NCBI GenBank assembly: GCA_003021975.1 | Contig: PXRR01000017.1 | Coordinates: 6,856 to 70,855 of the forward strand | Direction: 5' to 3' | Source: Halobacteriales archaeon QS_5_70_17 | GTDB taxonomy: Archaea; Halobacteriota; Halobacteria; Halobacteriales; Haloarculaceae | Length of the DNA stretch: 64,000 bases | Shown: piece after piece, positions 30,608-39,766 of the stretch | How positions within the stretch are numbered: the first letter of the stretch is position 1 | How the letters are laid out: the number at the start of each line of letters is the position of its first letter | The notes under the pieces: model-generated | Told to the model about the DNA's origin: nothing | Seen by the model: only the letters and a program-made list of their open reading frames with translations | Database searches by the model: none | Made by a program: the position numbers and the translations under genes

Positions 30608-31387
30608 ATGGCCGACCTCGACGGACGAACCGCGCTCGTGACGGGCGCGAGTCAGGGCATCGGGCGGCGGATCGCACGGACGCTCGCGGACTGCGGCGCG
30701 CGCGTCGCGCTGGCCGCGCGCGCCGAGGAGAACCTTCGGGAGACGGCCGGTCCGATCCCCGACGACCGCGCGCTGGTCGTCGGCTGTGACGTCACCGAGG
30801 AGGACAGCGTCGCCGGGGCAGTCGAGGCGACCGTCGAGGAGTTCGGCGGCCTCGACATCCTCGTGAACAACGCCGGCGTCGCCGGTCCCACGGCCCCGGT
30901 CGAGGAGGTGACGGTCGAGGCGTTCGACCGCACGATGGCCGTCAACGCGCGCGGCGTCCTGCTGGCGACGAAACACGCCGCCCCTCACCTCCGGGCCAGC
31001 GACGCCGGGCGCGTCGTCAACATCGCCTCGATCAGCGGCAAGCGACCGCTGCCCGACCGGACGCCGTACGCGGCCTCGAAGATGGCCGTCATCGGACTGA
31101 CCCGGACGCTGGCGTTCGAACTCGGGGAGGACGACGTGACGGTCAACGCGGTCTGCCCGGGCGCGACCGAGGGGCCGCGCATCGAGTCGGTCATCGATCG
31201 ACAGGCCGAGCGCCGCGGGGTCGACTACGAGCGGGCGAAGCGGGAGGTGTTCACCGACGACACGGCGCTGGGGACGCTCGTCGAGGCGACCGACACCGCG
31301 GACCTGGTCGCGTACCTCGCGGGCGACGCCGGGCGCCACGTCACGGCCCAGGACATCAACGTCGACGCCGGATCGACCTGGTACTGA
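30608..31387 (+). CDS. SDR oxidoreductase
   Basis: TGASQGIG, NNAG, YAASK. Confidence 0.93.
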   Translation: MADLDGRTALVTGASQGIGRRIARTLADCGARVALAARAEENLRETAGPIPDDRALVVGCDVTEEDSVAGAVEATVEEFGGLDILVNNAGVAGPTAPVEEVTVEAFDRTMAVNARGVLLATKHAAPHLRASDAGRVVNIASISGKRPLPDRTPYAASKMAVIGLTRTLAFELGEDDVTVNAVCPGATEGPRIESVIDRQAERRGVDYERAKREVFTDDTALGTLVEATDTADLVAYLAGDAGRHVTAQDINVDAGSTWY

Positions 31388-31462
31388 GGGCGCCGGGCGA
31401 GTCGGGATCCCGAGGACCCGAGAGGCGGGACAGACCGGACCGAGGACCGGAGGGACGTTCGT

Positions 31463-32797
31463 TCAGTCCTCGACGGGGTCGGCCTCGACGCCGTCGCTGT
31501 CGCCTCCCTCCTCGCTCTCGACGATCCGGAGGCCGCGGTTGTTCACCGCGTAGGGGTCTAGCCCGACCTCCTCGAGGAACTCCTTGTACTCCCGCTCGCA
31601 CTGCTCGGCGTCCTTCTGCTTGTCGCTGGCGCGATCGCAGAGCGCGACCAGGTCCTCCGGGACGTCGTTCTCGTGGACGATCCAGTGGTTGATGAGGTCG
31701 CTCAGCCGCCGGATGGGGGAGGTGAAGTGGCCGTAGATCTCGAAGTTCAGGGCGTGGTGACCGCCGAAGGGGTCGTTCATATACTTCGCGCGGGGCATCA
31801 CGTACATCACGGCCCGCTGGATCTTCGAGAGCTGGCGACCGGGGGCCTGCTCGAGCGTCGCGTTGACGGCCTTCCGGGGGTCGTCCCAGGCCTCGCCCGG
31901 GATCGAGACGCCGTCGAGGTCCTGGATTTCCCGGAGCGCCTCGTCCCACTCGTCGGGGGAGGGCTGGGGGTGGACGCGGTACATCGCCTCGACGCCCCGC
32001 TGGAACATGAGCACGTGCGTGACGGCCTTGTTGGCCTTCAGCATGCACTCCTCGATGATCGTGTGCGCCCGGTCGCGGCTCGGATTGAGCACGAGCGAGC
32101 CGTCCTCCTTGCGCTGCTCGTGGAGCTGTTCGGCCAGTTCGTAGACGGTGGCGCACTCGTCGTGGAGCGGCGCCTCGGGGTCGTCCAGCCGGTCTTCGGC
32201 CTGCGTGTAGGTGAGCCGCTCGTCGGAGTTGACGACGGACTTGTAGATGTCGATCTCCTCGTAGGAGAGCGTCTCCTTGTCGATCTCCATCTCGACGGTG
32301 TGGGCGAGTCGGTCCTCGTTGGGCACCAGCGAGCAGACCGTCTCGGCCAGCACCGGCGGCAGCATGTGGATGGTGTACGCGGGGAGGTAGACGGTGTTGC
32401 CCCGCTCGACGGCCTCCGACCACATCTCGCTGCCGGGGTGGACGTAGTGGGTGACGTCGGCGATGTGAACCCACAGCCGGTAGTGGTCCTCGTGCTCCTC
32501 GATGGAGATGGCGTCGTCGAAGTCCTGGGCGTCGATCGGATCGGTCGTCCAGGTGGTCATCCCCCGGAGGTCCCGGCGGTCGTCGATCTCGCCTCGGATC
32601 TCGTCCTGGACGTTCTCGGTCCGGCGCTCGGCCTCGTCGAGGACCGCTTGCGGGAACGCGTCGCGGATCTCGAACTTCTCGAACAGTTCCTCGCGCTTGT
32701 TCTCGAGGTGCCGCGCGAGTTCCTCGTCGATCTCCACGGGCCCTTGTCCCTCGGCCGTTCCGGCCGCCGACTGGGCCTCGCGGTCCTGTTCGCTCAT
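31463..32797 (-). CDS. rnr: Ribonuclease R (RNB domain, short haloarchaeal form)
   Basis: TTDPIDAQDFDDAIS, VHIADV, HFTSPIRR. Confidence 0.93.
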   Translation of the reverse strand: MSEQDREAQSAAGTAEGQGPVEIDEELARHLENKREELFEKFEIRDAFPQAVLDEAERRTENVQDEIRGEIDDRRDLRGMTTWTTDPIDAQDFDDAISIEEHEDHYRLWVHIADVTHYVHPGSEMWSEAVERGNTVYLPAYTIHMLPPVLAETVCSLVPNEDRLAHTVEMEIDKETLSYEEIDIYKSVVNSDERLTYTQAEDRLDDPEAPLHDECATVYELAEQLHEQRKEDGSLVLNPSRDRAHTIIEECMLKANKAVTHVLMFQRGVEAMYRVHPQPSPDEWDEALREIQDLDGVSIPGEAWDDPRKAVNATLEQAPGRQLSKIQRAVMYVMPRAKYMNDPFGGHHALNFEIYGHFTSPIRRLSDLINHWIVHENDVPEDLVALCDRASDKQKDAEQCEREYKEFLEEVGLDPYAVNNRGLRIVESEEGGDSDGVEADPVED

Positions 32798-32923
32798 GGA
32801 GAAGGGTAGCAGCAGGGGGCAGTTAGGCGTGTCGGGCCGGACCTGGACGGGAGGGAGGACCCGACCGCGCGAGGGCGCGGAGCCGCGGACCGAGGGCGCG
32901 ATGTCGGGCGCCTCCCGCTCCGG

Positions 32924-33229
32924 TCACGGCTCCAGGGAGCCGTAGCGCTCCTCGACGGCCTCGCTGTACCGGCGCAGGAACTCCTCCTGCGGGATCGACC
33001 CCTCCTCCTCGCCCTCGCGTTCGATCTTGACGAGGAGGTCCTCGAGTTCGCTCCGGGGCTGGTGACAGAGGTCGCGGTGGCAGCTCTTGCAGACGTACTC
33101 GAACTCCTTTCCGCGGCGCGACCAGCGGTCCCCCTCCTTGTCGTACTCGCGCGCGGCCGTTCGCTCGACCGAGAGGCCGCACGCGACGCAAACGACGCGA
33201 TCGTTCCCCCGGTTCCGGGAGCCCCACAT
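32924..33229 (-). CDS. Small zinc-finger protein (DUF7562-like)
   Basis: CVACG...REYDKEGDRW...CKSCH. Confidence 0.8.
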   Translation of the reverse strand: MWGSRNRGNDRVVCVACGLSVERTAAREYDKEGDRWSRRGKEFEYVCKSCHRDLCHQPRSELEDLLVKIEREGEEEGSIPQEEFLRRYSEAVEERYGSLEP

Positions 33230-33400
33230 CCTACTTCAGACTACACGTGGCCGTACTTACCTTTTTCCGCCGCGGACGGACTGAAACCTCCGGTCGCGAG
33301 AAAGCGACGGAATCCGGACCGACCGGCGACCGGAGCGGTCGGGGAGGCCCGGCGCCGTCGACCCAAGACGCTTTATTCCCCCTCCCCGGGAACGACCGGT

Positions 33401-33895
33401 ATGGAGGTCAAAACCCGCCACCACCTCCGGAGCGACGAGATCGGTCGCATCGACGACGCGCTCGCGGAGCGCCTCGGCGTCGACCTGGAGGGCGACTCCT
33501 TCGAACGGGTGGAGTTCGTCGACGACGACACCGACCTCGTGCTCGTCGACGGCGATCCCCTGGTCGTCTACGTCGACCGCGAGGAGGGCGAGTCCGAACC
33601 GTTCCTGACAGTCCGCGGCGCCAACGGGTTCTCGCCCGAGCGGCGGATCGTCACGGTCGACAGCGGCGCCGTCTCCTTCGTCTCCGACGGCGCCGACGTG
33701 ATGCGCCCCGGGATCGTCGAAGCCGACGAGGACATCGAGGCCGGCGACCTGGTCGTGATCGAGGAGGAAACCCACGGGAAGGTGCTCGCGGTCGGGCGGG
33801 CGCTCGTCGACGGCGACGAGATGCTCGGCGACTCCGGGAAGGTCGTCGAGTCGATCCACCACGTCGGCGACGACCTCTTCGAGACGACCTTCTGA
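33401..33895 (+). CDS. PUA-domain RNA-binding protein
   Basis: VTVDSGAVSFVSDGADVMRPGI, HHVGD. Confidence 0.92.
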   Translation: MEVKTRHHLRSDEIGRIDDALAERLGVDLEGDSFERVEFVDDDTDLVLVDGDPLVVYVDREEGESEPFLTVRGANGFSPERRIVTVDSGAVSFVSDGADVMRPGIVEADEDIEAGDLVVIEEETHGKVLAVGRALVDGDEMLGDSGKVVESIHHVGDDLFETTF

Positions 33896-33982
33896 GAGCC
33901 GCGCTTCCTGCTGCGCCGCCGTTTCGGGATCGCTCTCCCCGTTTCCGCACGCCGCTCCGACCCCTGATCGAACCGGTGCCGG

Positions 33983-35149
33983 TCACTCGCCGGCCGTCGC
34001 GTCCTCGGCCGTCGCGGCCGGGGAGACGGGGAGCCGCGCCGACCGGGCGCTCCCCTCGACGAACGGGAGGTCGATGACGGCGGCGGACCGCTCGTCCCCG
34101 TCGACACGGACGGTCACGCCGCCGTCATCGAGGCCGAACTCGACGTACGCGAGCGCGATCGGCCCCCCGTAGCTCGGACCGACGGCCGCGCGGGTCACCT
34201 CGCCGACGGCCGCGTCGCCGTCGAAGACCGCCGCGCCCGGGGACGGGACCGGGGGCTCGCCGGCGTCGGCGTCGGCTTCCCCCTCACTGTCCCCGTCGCC
34301 TCCGAGCGCGAGCCCGACCAGCCGTCGGGAGGGCTGGCCCCGGTTCTCGACCCGGGAGACGACCTCCTGGCCGACGTAACACCCCTTCTCGAAGTCCAGC
34401 GCGTTCCGGACGCCGGCGACGTTGGGGACGACCCCCTCCAGTTCGGTCTCGAACAGCGGCGTGCCCGCCTCCAGAGTGAGCGTCTCCCAGGTCCGGTAGC
34501 CGAAGGGGGCGGCGTTGAGCCCCTGGTTGACGAGCGTGTCGAAGACGTGTGCGGCCGCGTCGGCCCCGCAGATCACCTCGTATCCCTCCTCGCCGGCGGG
34601 CGCGTCGCTCGCGACCACGGTCACGCCGGCGTCGCCCATCGACCCCCGGACGAAGGTGAGTTCGGGTTCGGGCGCGGCGGCGCCGTTGAGGACGGAGGCG
34701 ATCTTCTCGGTCGCGGTGGCGCCGTGGACGCCGAAGACGCCGAAGTCGCCGGTCGCGTCGCGGAGTTCGACGTCCTGGATGAAGACCTTCGCCTTCCAGT
34801 CCTCGAGCAGCGGACCGGCGCGCTGGGGGGGACAGAACACGAGCAGGCTGTCGGCGGCGTTGTAGACGTACATGTCCGTCTCGATGCCTCCCTGCGGATC
34901 GAGCAACAACGCGTAGACGCCGCGGCCGTCCTCGGCGGGGATCCGGTTCGAGACGGCGTTGTCGACGAACTCGACGCGGTCGTCGCCGCGCACCTCGACG
35001 ATCCCGTACCCCATCTCGATGACGCCGACGACCTTGCGGACGGCGCCGTGGGTGCGCTCGGGGCGCCCGTAGTCGGCGACGACGCGCCGTCCCCCGCGGT
35101 CTGTGAACGACGCGCCGTGGTCGGCGTGGATGTCCTCGATGACGGTCAT
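33983..35149 (-). CDS. YgfZ/GcvT-like folate-binding protein
   Basis: KGCYVGQEVVSR signature. Confidence 0.92.
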   Translation of the reverse strand: MTVIEDIHADHGASFTDRGGRRVVADYGRPERTHGAVRKVVGVIEMGYGIVEVRGDDRVEFVDNAVSNRIPAEDGRGVYALLLDPQGGIETDMYVYNAADSLLVFCPPQRAGPLLEDWKAKVFIQDVELRDATGDFGVFGVHGATATEKIASVLNGAAAPEPELTFVRGSMGDAGVTVVASDAPAGEEGYEVICGADAAAHVFDTLVNQGLNAAPFGYRTWETLTLEAGTPLFETELEGVVPNVAGVRNALDFEKGCYVGQEVVSRVENRGQPSRRLVGLALGGDGDSEGEADADAGEPPVPSPGAAVFDGDAAVGEVTRAAVGPSYGGPIALAYVEFGLDDGGVTVRVDGDERSAAVIDLPFVEGSARSARLPVSPAATAEDATAGE

Positions 35150-35304
35150 CGGCTGTCCGTTCGCCTCCGCGGGGCAAGACGCCTGCGGTCGGAGCGACGG
35201 CCGCGACCGGGGACGTGGAGACGGGACGGCGGGACCAAGTGCGGGAACCGGCGGCCGGTCCGTCGTTCCCGTCCCGTCCCCTCAGACCGGCGTCCGACGG
35301 CGGT

Positions 35305-35601
35305 TCAGATGGGGAACCGCTCGCGCACCCGGTCGATCAGCGAGGGGTCCCCCTCGTCGCCGCCCTCCTCGGGGACGACGCGGTCGGCGGGGGTGATCGT
35401 GAGGCGTCCCCCCCTGCGCTCCGTAGCGATGAGGTCCTCCCGCTTGAGCGCCTCGAGGGCCTCCTCGAGGCGGTCGATCTCCGCGTCGACCCGGGTCCGG
35501 AGTTCGAGGACGGTCATCCCCTCCTGTCCGCGCTCGACGAGCGCGTCGAGCACCGCGACCTGCGTCTCGTCGCGGTTCCGGTACTCCCGCTTTGCGCGCA
35601 T
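35305..35601 (-). CDS. Conserved wHTH-like protein (DUF6432-like)
   Basis: MRAKREYRNRD..QVAVLDALV...GMTVLELR. Confidence 0.82.
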   Translation of the reverse strand: MRAKREYRNRDETQVAVLDALVERGQEGMTVLELRTRVDAEIDRLEEALEALKREDLIATERRGGRLTITPADRVVPEEGGDEGDPSLIDRVRERFPI

Positions 35602-35791
35602 GTCTCCGGGTAACACCGCGGCGGTCTTAACTGAACTGCAGGGAGGAGTCCGGCGCGACCGCTCGCGCTGACCTCGCAGCGAACGTGGACCGATCGGGCG
35701 ACGGCCTCGAACCGCGACACTGCGACGAGGTCGCGCCCCCTGCAGTCCGCGGAGGAGTAGCCTTATGTGTCGCGTCGGGTAGTTGGGGGCA

Positions 35792-36562
35792 ATGAGTCTC
35801 ACGTGTTCGCTGCTCGGCCACGACTTCGGGGACCCCGAAGTCGAGCGCGAGCGCGAGGAGCGGGGCACCGAGGTCGTCACCTCCGTCCGCGAGGTCTCGA
35901 TCTGCCAGCGCTGTAGCAAACAGCGGGTCATCTCCGAGAACACCGAAGTGACGAGCGTCCTCTCCCCCGAGGACGTCGAGGCCGAGGTCGACCCCGGAGC
36001 CGAGAGCGAGGACGAGGGCGAGAGCGAGACGGACGCCCCGTCCGCGACGGAGGCCGAGAGCGAGGCCGGAAACGGCGAGGAGCCCCTCCACCCGAACGTC
36101 GACGATCCGATCGACGACGGACCGGTCGGCGACCCCGAAGAGGAGGACGACGCGGTGATCCTCACCGACGACCTCTCCGAGCGGGAGTACGGGGAGTGGC
36201 CCGCCGAACCCGGCCAGGACTACCGACCCTGGGACCCCGACAACCTGACGGAGTCCGACGACGACGAGTCGGAACCGACCGTCGCGGAGGTCGTCGGCGA
36301 GGCCGGCAGCGCGAACGCGGAGTCCGACCGCGACCCGGACGACGCCGGCGCCGAGGGCGACGGGACCGAGGTGGTCGACACCGGGGCCGGGGAGTCGCTG
36401 TCCGACGCCGACGCGCCCCCGGACCCCCCGAGCGAGGGCGCCGAGACCTACCGCTGTCGGGAGTGCGGGTACGCGGTCGCCGCGGCCGACACGTCGCTGC
36501 GCGCCGGCGATAGCTGTCCCGCCTGCCACGAGGGGTACCTCACTGCTGAACGGAACCACTAA
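35792..36562 (+). CDS. Acidic protein with terminal zinc ribbons (DUF7093-like)
   Basis: CSLLGH, CQRC, CRECG, SLRAGDSCPACHEGYL. Confidence 0.85.
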   Translation: MSLTCSLLGHDFGDPEVEREREERGTEVVTSVREVSICQRCSKQRVISENTEVTSVLSPEDVEAEVDPGAESEDEGESETDAPSATEAESEAGNGEEPLHPNVDDPIDDGPVGDPEEEDDAVILTDDLSEREYGEWPAEPGQDYRPWDPDNLTESDDDESEPTVAEVVGEAGSANAESDRDPDDAGAEGDGTEVVDTGAGESLSDADAPPDPPSEGAETYRCRECGYAVAAADTSLRAGDSCPACHEGYLTAERNH

Positions 36563-36587
36563 ACCTCCCCTCACCTACGAGACACCC

Positions 36588-36980
36588 ATGCGCGAGTATA
36601 AGATGCGACGGGGGGAGCATCTCGAGGACCGCATCCCTGACATGGAAACCACGATCGAGGAGTACTTCGGATCGGTCACGGGAACCGAGGAGTACAAGGG
36701 CAGCGACCTGTACGTCGTCGGCGAGCCCGACAACCCGGTCTTCGAGCGGATCGTCGCCGGCGCGGTCGAGTACTCCGGGAAGAAGGACAAACTCGCCGTC
36801 GAGTTCGAGGAGCGACCGGCCGAGGATGTCATCGCCGAAGGTCACGTCGGCGCCGCGGAGGACGCCGTCAACGCGAAAAACGAGTTCCTCTTGGAGGCGA
36901 CCGCGCGCGACGCCAAGAGCCGTCGCGACTCCATGAAGCGGTCCGTCGAGGACGACGCCGAGACTCCCGACAACGTCTGA
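36588..36980 (+). CDS. Conserved archaeal protein (DUF5611-like)
   Basis: MREYKMRRGEHL...NEFLLEATARDAKSRR. Confidence 0.85.
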   Translation: MREYKMRRGEHLEDRIPDMETTIEEYFGSVTGTEEYKGSDLYVVGEPDNPVFERIVAGAVEYSGKKDKLAVEFEERPAEDVIAEGHVGAAEDAVNAKNEFLLEATARDAKSRRDSMKRSVEDDAETPDNV

Positions 36981-37116
36981 GTCGACGGCGACCGTCAGTC
37001 GCCGCGCCCGCGCTGGCGCCCGCGTCCGTCCGGCCGGCGAGACGCCGGTAGCGCGGGGCGCGGTCCCATCCCCCACGCTGCGCGCCACGGGCGAGCCCCC
37101 CGCGACCCGCCCGGGT

Positions 37117-37470
37117 TCACTCGCTCCCGTCCGCGGCGCCGCGTCCGGCACCTCTTCCCGCGTCCGGGCGGACGGCGATGACGCCGTAGCTGTGGACGGT
37201 GACCTCACAGGAGGCATATTCGAAGGTGATGTTAGCGTCGCCCTGTGGCGGGCCGCTCACCGTCGGCACGAACAGCGCGTCGAGCACGTCAGGGTCGACG
37301 GGCCAGCCGGGGAGGGCCATGTCTACCGGGCCGGCACCGGTCGCCCGGGCGACCGCATCGATCACCGCCCGGCTCACGGAATTCGCGCTGCTGTCGTAGA
37401 CCGTTCGATACTCCTCTCCGGTCGGGTCGTGAACTTCGGACGCTGTGGGTACTCCGTCGTCCTCGGTCAC
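37117..37470 (-). CDS. HalOD1 (halobacterial output domain 1) protein
   Basis: SVSRAVIDAVA..TG, VDPDVLDALF, ITFEYASCEVTVHSYG. Confidence 0.8.
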   Translation of the reverse strand: MTEDDGVPTASEVHDPTGEEYRTVYDSSANSVSRAVIDAVARATGAGPVDMALPGWPVDPDVLDALFVPTVSGPPQGDANITFEYASCEVTVHSYGVIAVRPDAGRGAGRGAADGSE

Positions 37471-37583
37471 GGCCCGGCCGGTCCCGAATGGGAACAACTA
37501 CCATTCCTCGAGCGTGTCATAGAACGGTTACCACACTATAATCATCCTCGATATGGTTGCAGAGAGTTACTAGCTTAGAATAC

Positions 37584-37600
37584 CGTGCACCAAGTGCACG
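37584..37600. repeat. Palindrome CGTGCAC-CAA-GTGCACG downstream of the RHH gene
   Basis: Read directly; inverted near-copy of the site at 37837. Confidence 0.8.
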
Positions 37601-37614
37601 AGTTATGGAATACG

Positions 37615-37815
37615 TCAGAGAGTACCCTTTCGTTTCCGAATTGTGACTTTTCTCGTTTGTCGGGCGTGATCTGACTCGGTCTGGACGAACGCTGTGAGGA
37701 TGGCTTCGACGATCTCGGAGCGGCTGGCTCCGAGATCGTCACACTCAGCGACCAGTTCATCCACCTCCTGGACGATTTCTTCGTCAGCAGCGACTCCGAA
37801 CTTCTCTTTGGCCAT
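37615..37815 (-). CDS. Ribbon-helix-helix (CopG-like) protein in a low-GC islet
   Basis: KFGVAADEEIVQEVDELV...SRSEIVEAIL. Confidence 0.8.
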   Translation of the reverse strand: MAKEKFGVAADEEIVQEVDELVAECDDLGASRSEIVEAILTAFVQTESDHARQTRKVTIRKRKGTL

Positions 37816-37836
37816 AGCTGAACAGTCTAGGAATGG

Positions 37837-37853
37837 CGTGCACTTAGTGCACG
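37837..37853. promoter_or_regulatory. Palindrome CGTGCAC-TTA-GTGCACG over the RHH promoter region; putative operator
   Basis: 22-38 nt upstream of ATG 37815. Confidence 0.65.
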
Positions 37854-38005
37854 GCGTTTTTTGAGTCGTTAGATCTGATTCAGTAGACCATGTTAACTCT
37901 TCTACGACACCCTCTTCCCTTTAGTACCGACACGTATAGAAGTGCCGGTATTTCCGGTTCGACGAGGTCACCGACCGTCGGAGCGCCGCGGGAGCGGTCC
38001 GCCGG

Positions 38006-38356
38006 CTACAGCTTCTCTCGGCTGACCGAAACGCCGGTCGGCGTGACGATCAACTGGTCGTCGTCCTTCTGGACGATGTCGCCGCCCACCTCGCGGGCGA
38101 CCTGCTTCAGTTCGTCGCTGATGTGTTCCATCGTCCGGTCGCTGGTGGTGTGTCGCGTGATGTCGGCGATGACGATGTCGCCGTCGTAGACGGCGTCCTT
38201 GATGGCGATGACGTCCTGTTTGTCGCTGATCTTCGCGATGCGAACCTGCGTCCGCGAGTCCGCGGACTCCGTCTCGAAGTCGTCGATATCCAGTTCGACG
38301 TACTCCTCGGTGCTACGCGTCCCCCGTCCTCCGAGGAGCTTGTCCATGAGGCCCAT
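38006..38356 (-). CDS. sepF: Cell division protein SepF
   Basis: N-terminal amphipathic MGLMDKLLGG, IKDAVYDGDIVIADI, GGDIVQK, IVTPTGV. Confidence 0.92.
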   Translation of the reverse strand: MGLMDKLLGGRGTRSTEEYVELDIDDFETESADSRTQVRIAKISDKQDVIAIKDAVYDGDIVIADITRHTTSDRTMEHISDELKQVAREVGGDIVQKDDDQLIVTPTGVSVSREKL

Positions 38357-38529
38357 AGCACGTGACGCGCCCGGTGACGGCATAATTCTTACGTCACACG
38401 GATTCTCGGCGCTGACGGTCCGCGATCCAGCCCGCAGCCGCGACCGCGGCGACGCGCGACCTGTCGGTGGAAGTATAATCCTAATACGTTTCGCCCTAAT
38501 TTAATACGCGTTCGCACGATCCGAAGACT

Positions 38530-39684
38530 ATGCGCGACGATACCGCGGGACTGTCGCGACGGACCGTACTGAGAGGAACTGCGAGCGCGCTCGCCGGAGC
38601 GGGCGTCGTCGGGGCCGCGAGCGCGGCCCCGGAGGGCGAGGACGACCGAGTCCGAGCGAACGTCGGCTACGCCGCGCCCGGCGGACGGGCGACCGCCCGC
38701 GAGGCGGCCGCGGAGGTCGTCCGGGAGTTCGCGTTCGACGCCCTCACCGTCGAAATCGACGAGGCGGCGGCCGGGGCACTCCGCGATCGATCGGACGTCC
38801 GGTACGTCGAGCGCGACCGCGAGATGGAGACGCTCGGCCAGACCCTCCCGTGGGGGATCGACCGCGTGGACGCCGAAACCGCGCACGGCGCCGGGGAGAC
38901 TGGGAGCGGAGCGGACGTCGCCATCATCGACACCGGCATCGACTCCGACCACCCGGACCTCGTCGACAACCTCGGGAATGGACGGGCGTTCCTCTCGGGC
39001 ATCGAGTCGGACAACTGGGAGGACGACAACGGCCACGGCACGCACTGTGCGGGCATCGCCGCCGCCGTCGACAACAGCGAGGGCGTCGTCGGCGTCGCGA
39101 CCGAGGCTACCCTCCACGCGGTAAAGGTGATGAACGCCGTCGGGACCGGCCTGACCTCGGACATCGCGAAGGGCATCGAGTACACCGCCGACCAGGGCTG
39201 GGACGTCGGCAGCCTCAGCCTCGGATCGGGTTCGTACTCGGAGACCCTCAAGGACGCCTGCGCGTACGCGCAGGCGGAGGGCGTGTTCCTCTCGGCGGCG
39301 GCGGGCAACGACGGCGAGTGCACCGACTGCGTGAGCTACCCGGCGGCCTACGAGGAGTGCGTCGCCGTCTCCGCGACGACCGAGAGCGACGACCTCGCCT
39401 CCTTCTCCAGTCAGGGACCGGAGGTCGAACTCGCCGCGCCGGGCGAGGACATCTACTCGACGTACCTCGCGGGCTACAACACTCTCTCGGGGACGAGCAT
39501 GGCCTGTCCGCACGTCTCCGGGGCCGCCGGACAGTTGATGGCGAACGGGTACACGAACGGGGAGGCGCGCCAGCGGCTGAAAGACACCGCCGAGGACGTC
39601 GGCCTCTCGGAGAACGAGTCCGGGGCGGGACTGCTCGACGTGGCCGCGGCGCTCGGTCTCGATTCGAGCGACGACCTCTCCTGA
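38530..39684 (+). CDS. Tat-exported subtilisin-like serine protease (S8)
   Basis: SRRTVLR Tat motif, propeptide, catalytic triad IIDTG / HGTH / GTSMA. Confidence 0.93.
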   Translation: MRDDTAGLSRRTVLRGTASALAGAGVVGAASAAPEGEDDRVRANVGYAAPGGRATAREAAAEVVREFAFDALTVEIDEAAAGALRDRSDVRYVERDREMETLGQTLPWGIDRVDAETAHGAGETGSGADVAIIDTGIDSDHPDLVDNLGNGRAFLSGIESDNWEDDNGHGTHCAGIAAAVDNSEGVVGVATEATLHAVKVMNAVGTGLTSDIAKGIEYTADQGWDVGSLSLGSGSYSETLKDACAYAQAEGVFLSAAAGNDGECTDCVSYPAAYEECVAVSATTESDDLASFSSQGPEVELAAPGEDIYSTYLAGYNTLSGTSMACPHVSGAAGQLMANGYTNGEARQRLKDTAEDVGLSENESGAGLLDVAAALGLDSSDDLS

Positions 39685-39766
39685 ACGGGGACCCGAGCCC
39701 CGCCGGGCGCGTCGAGGTCCGGCCCGCGGCCACGGCTCGCTCGGGAGTCGGACTCGGGACGAGCGA

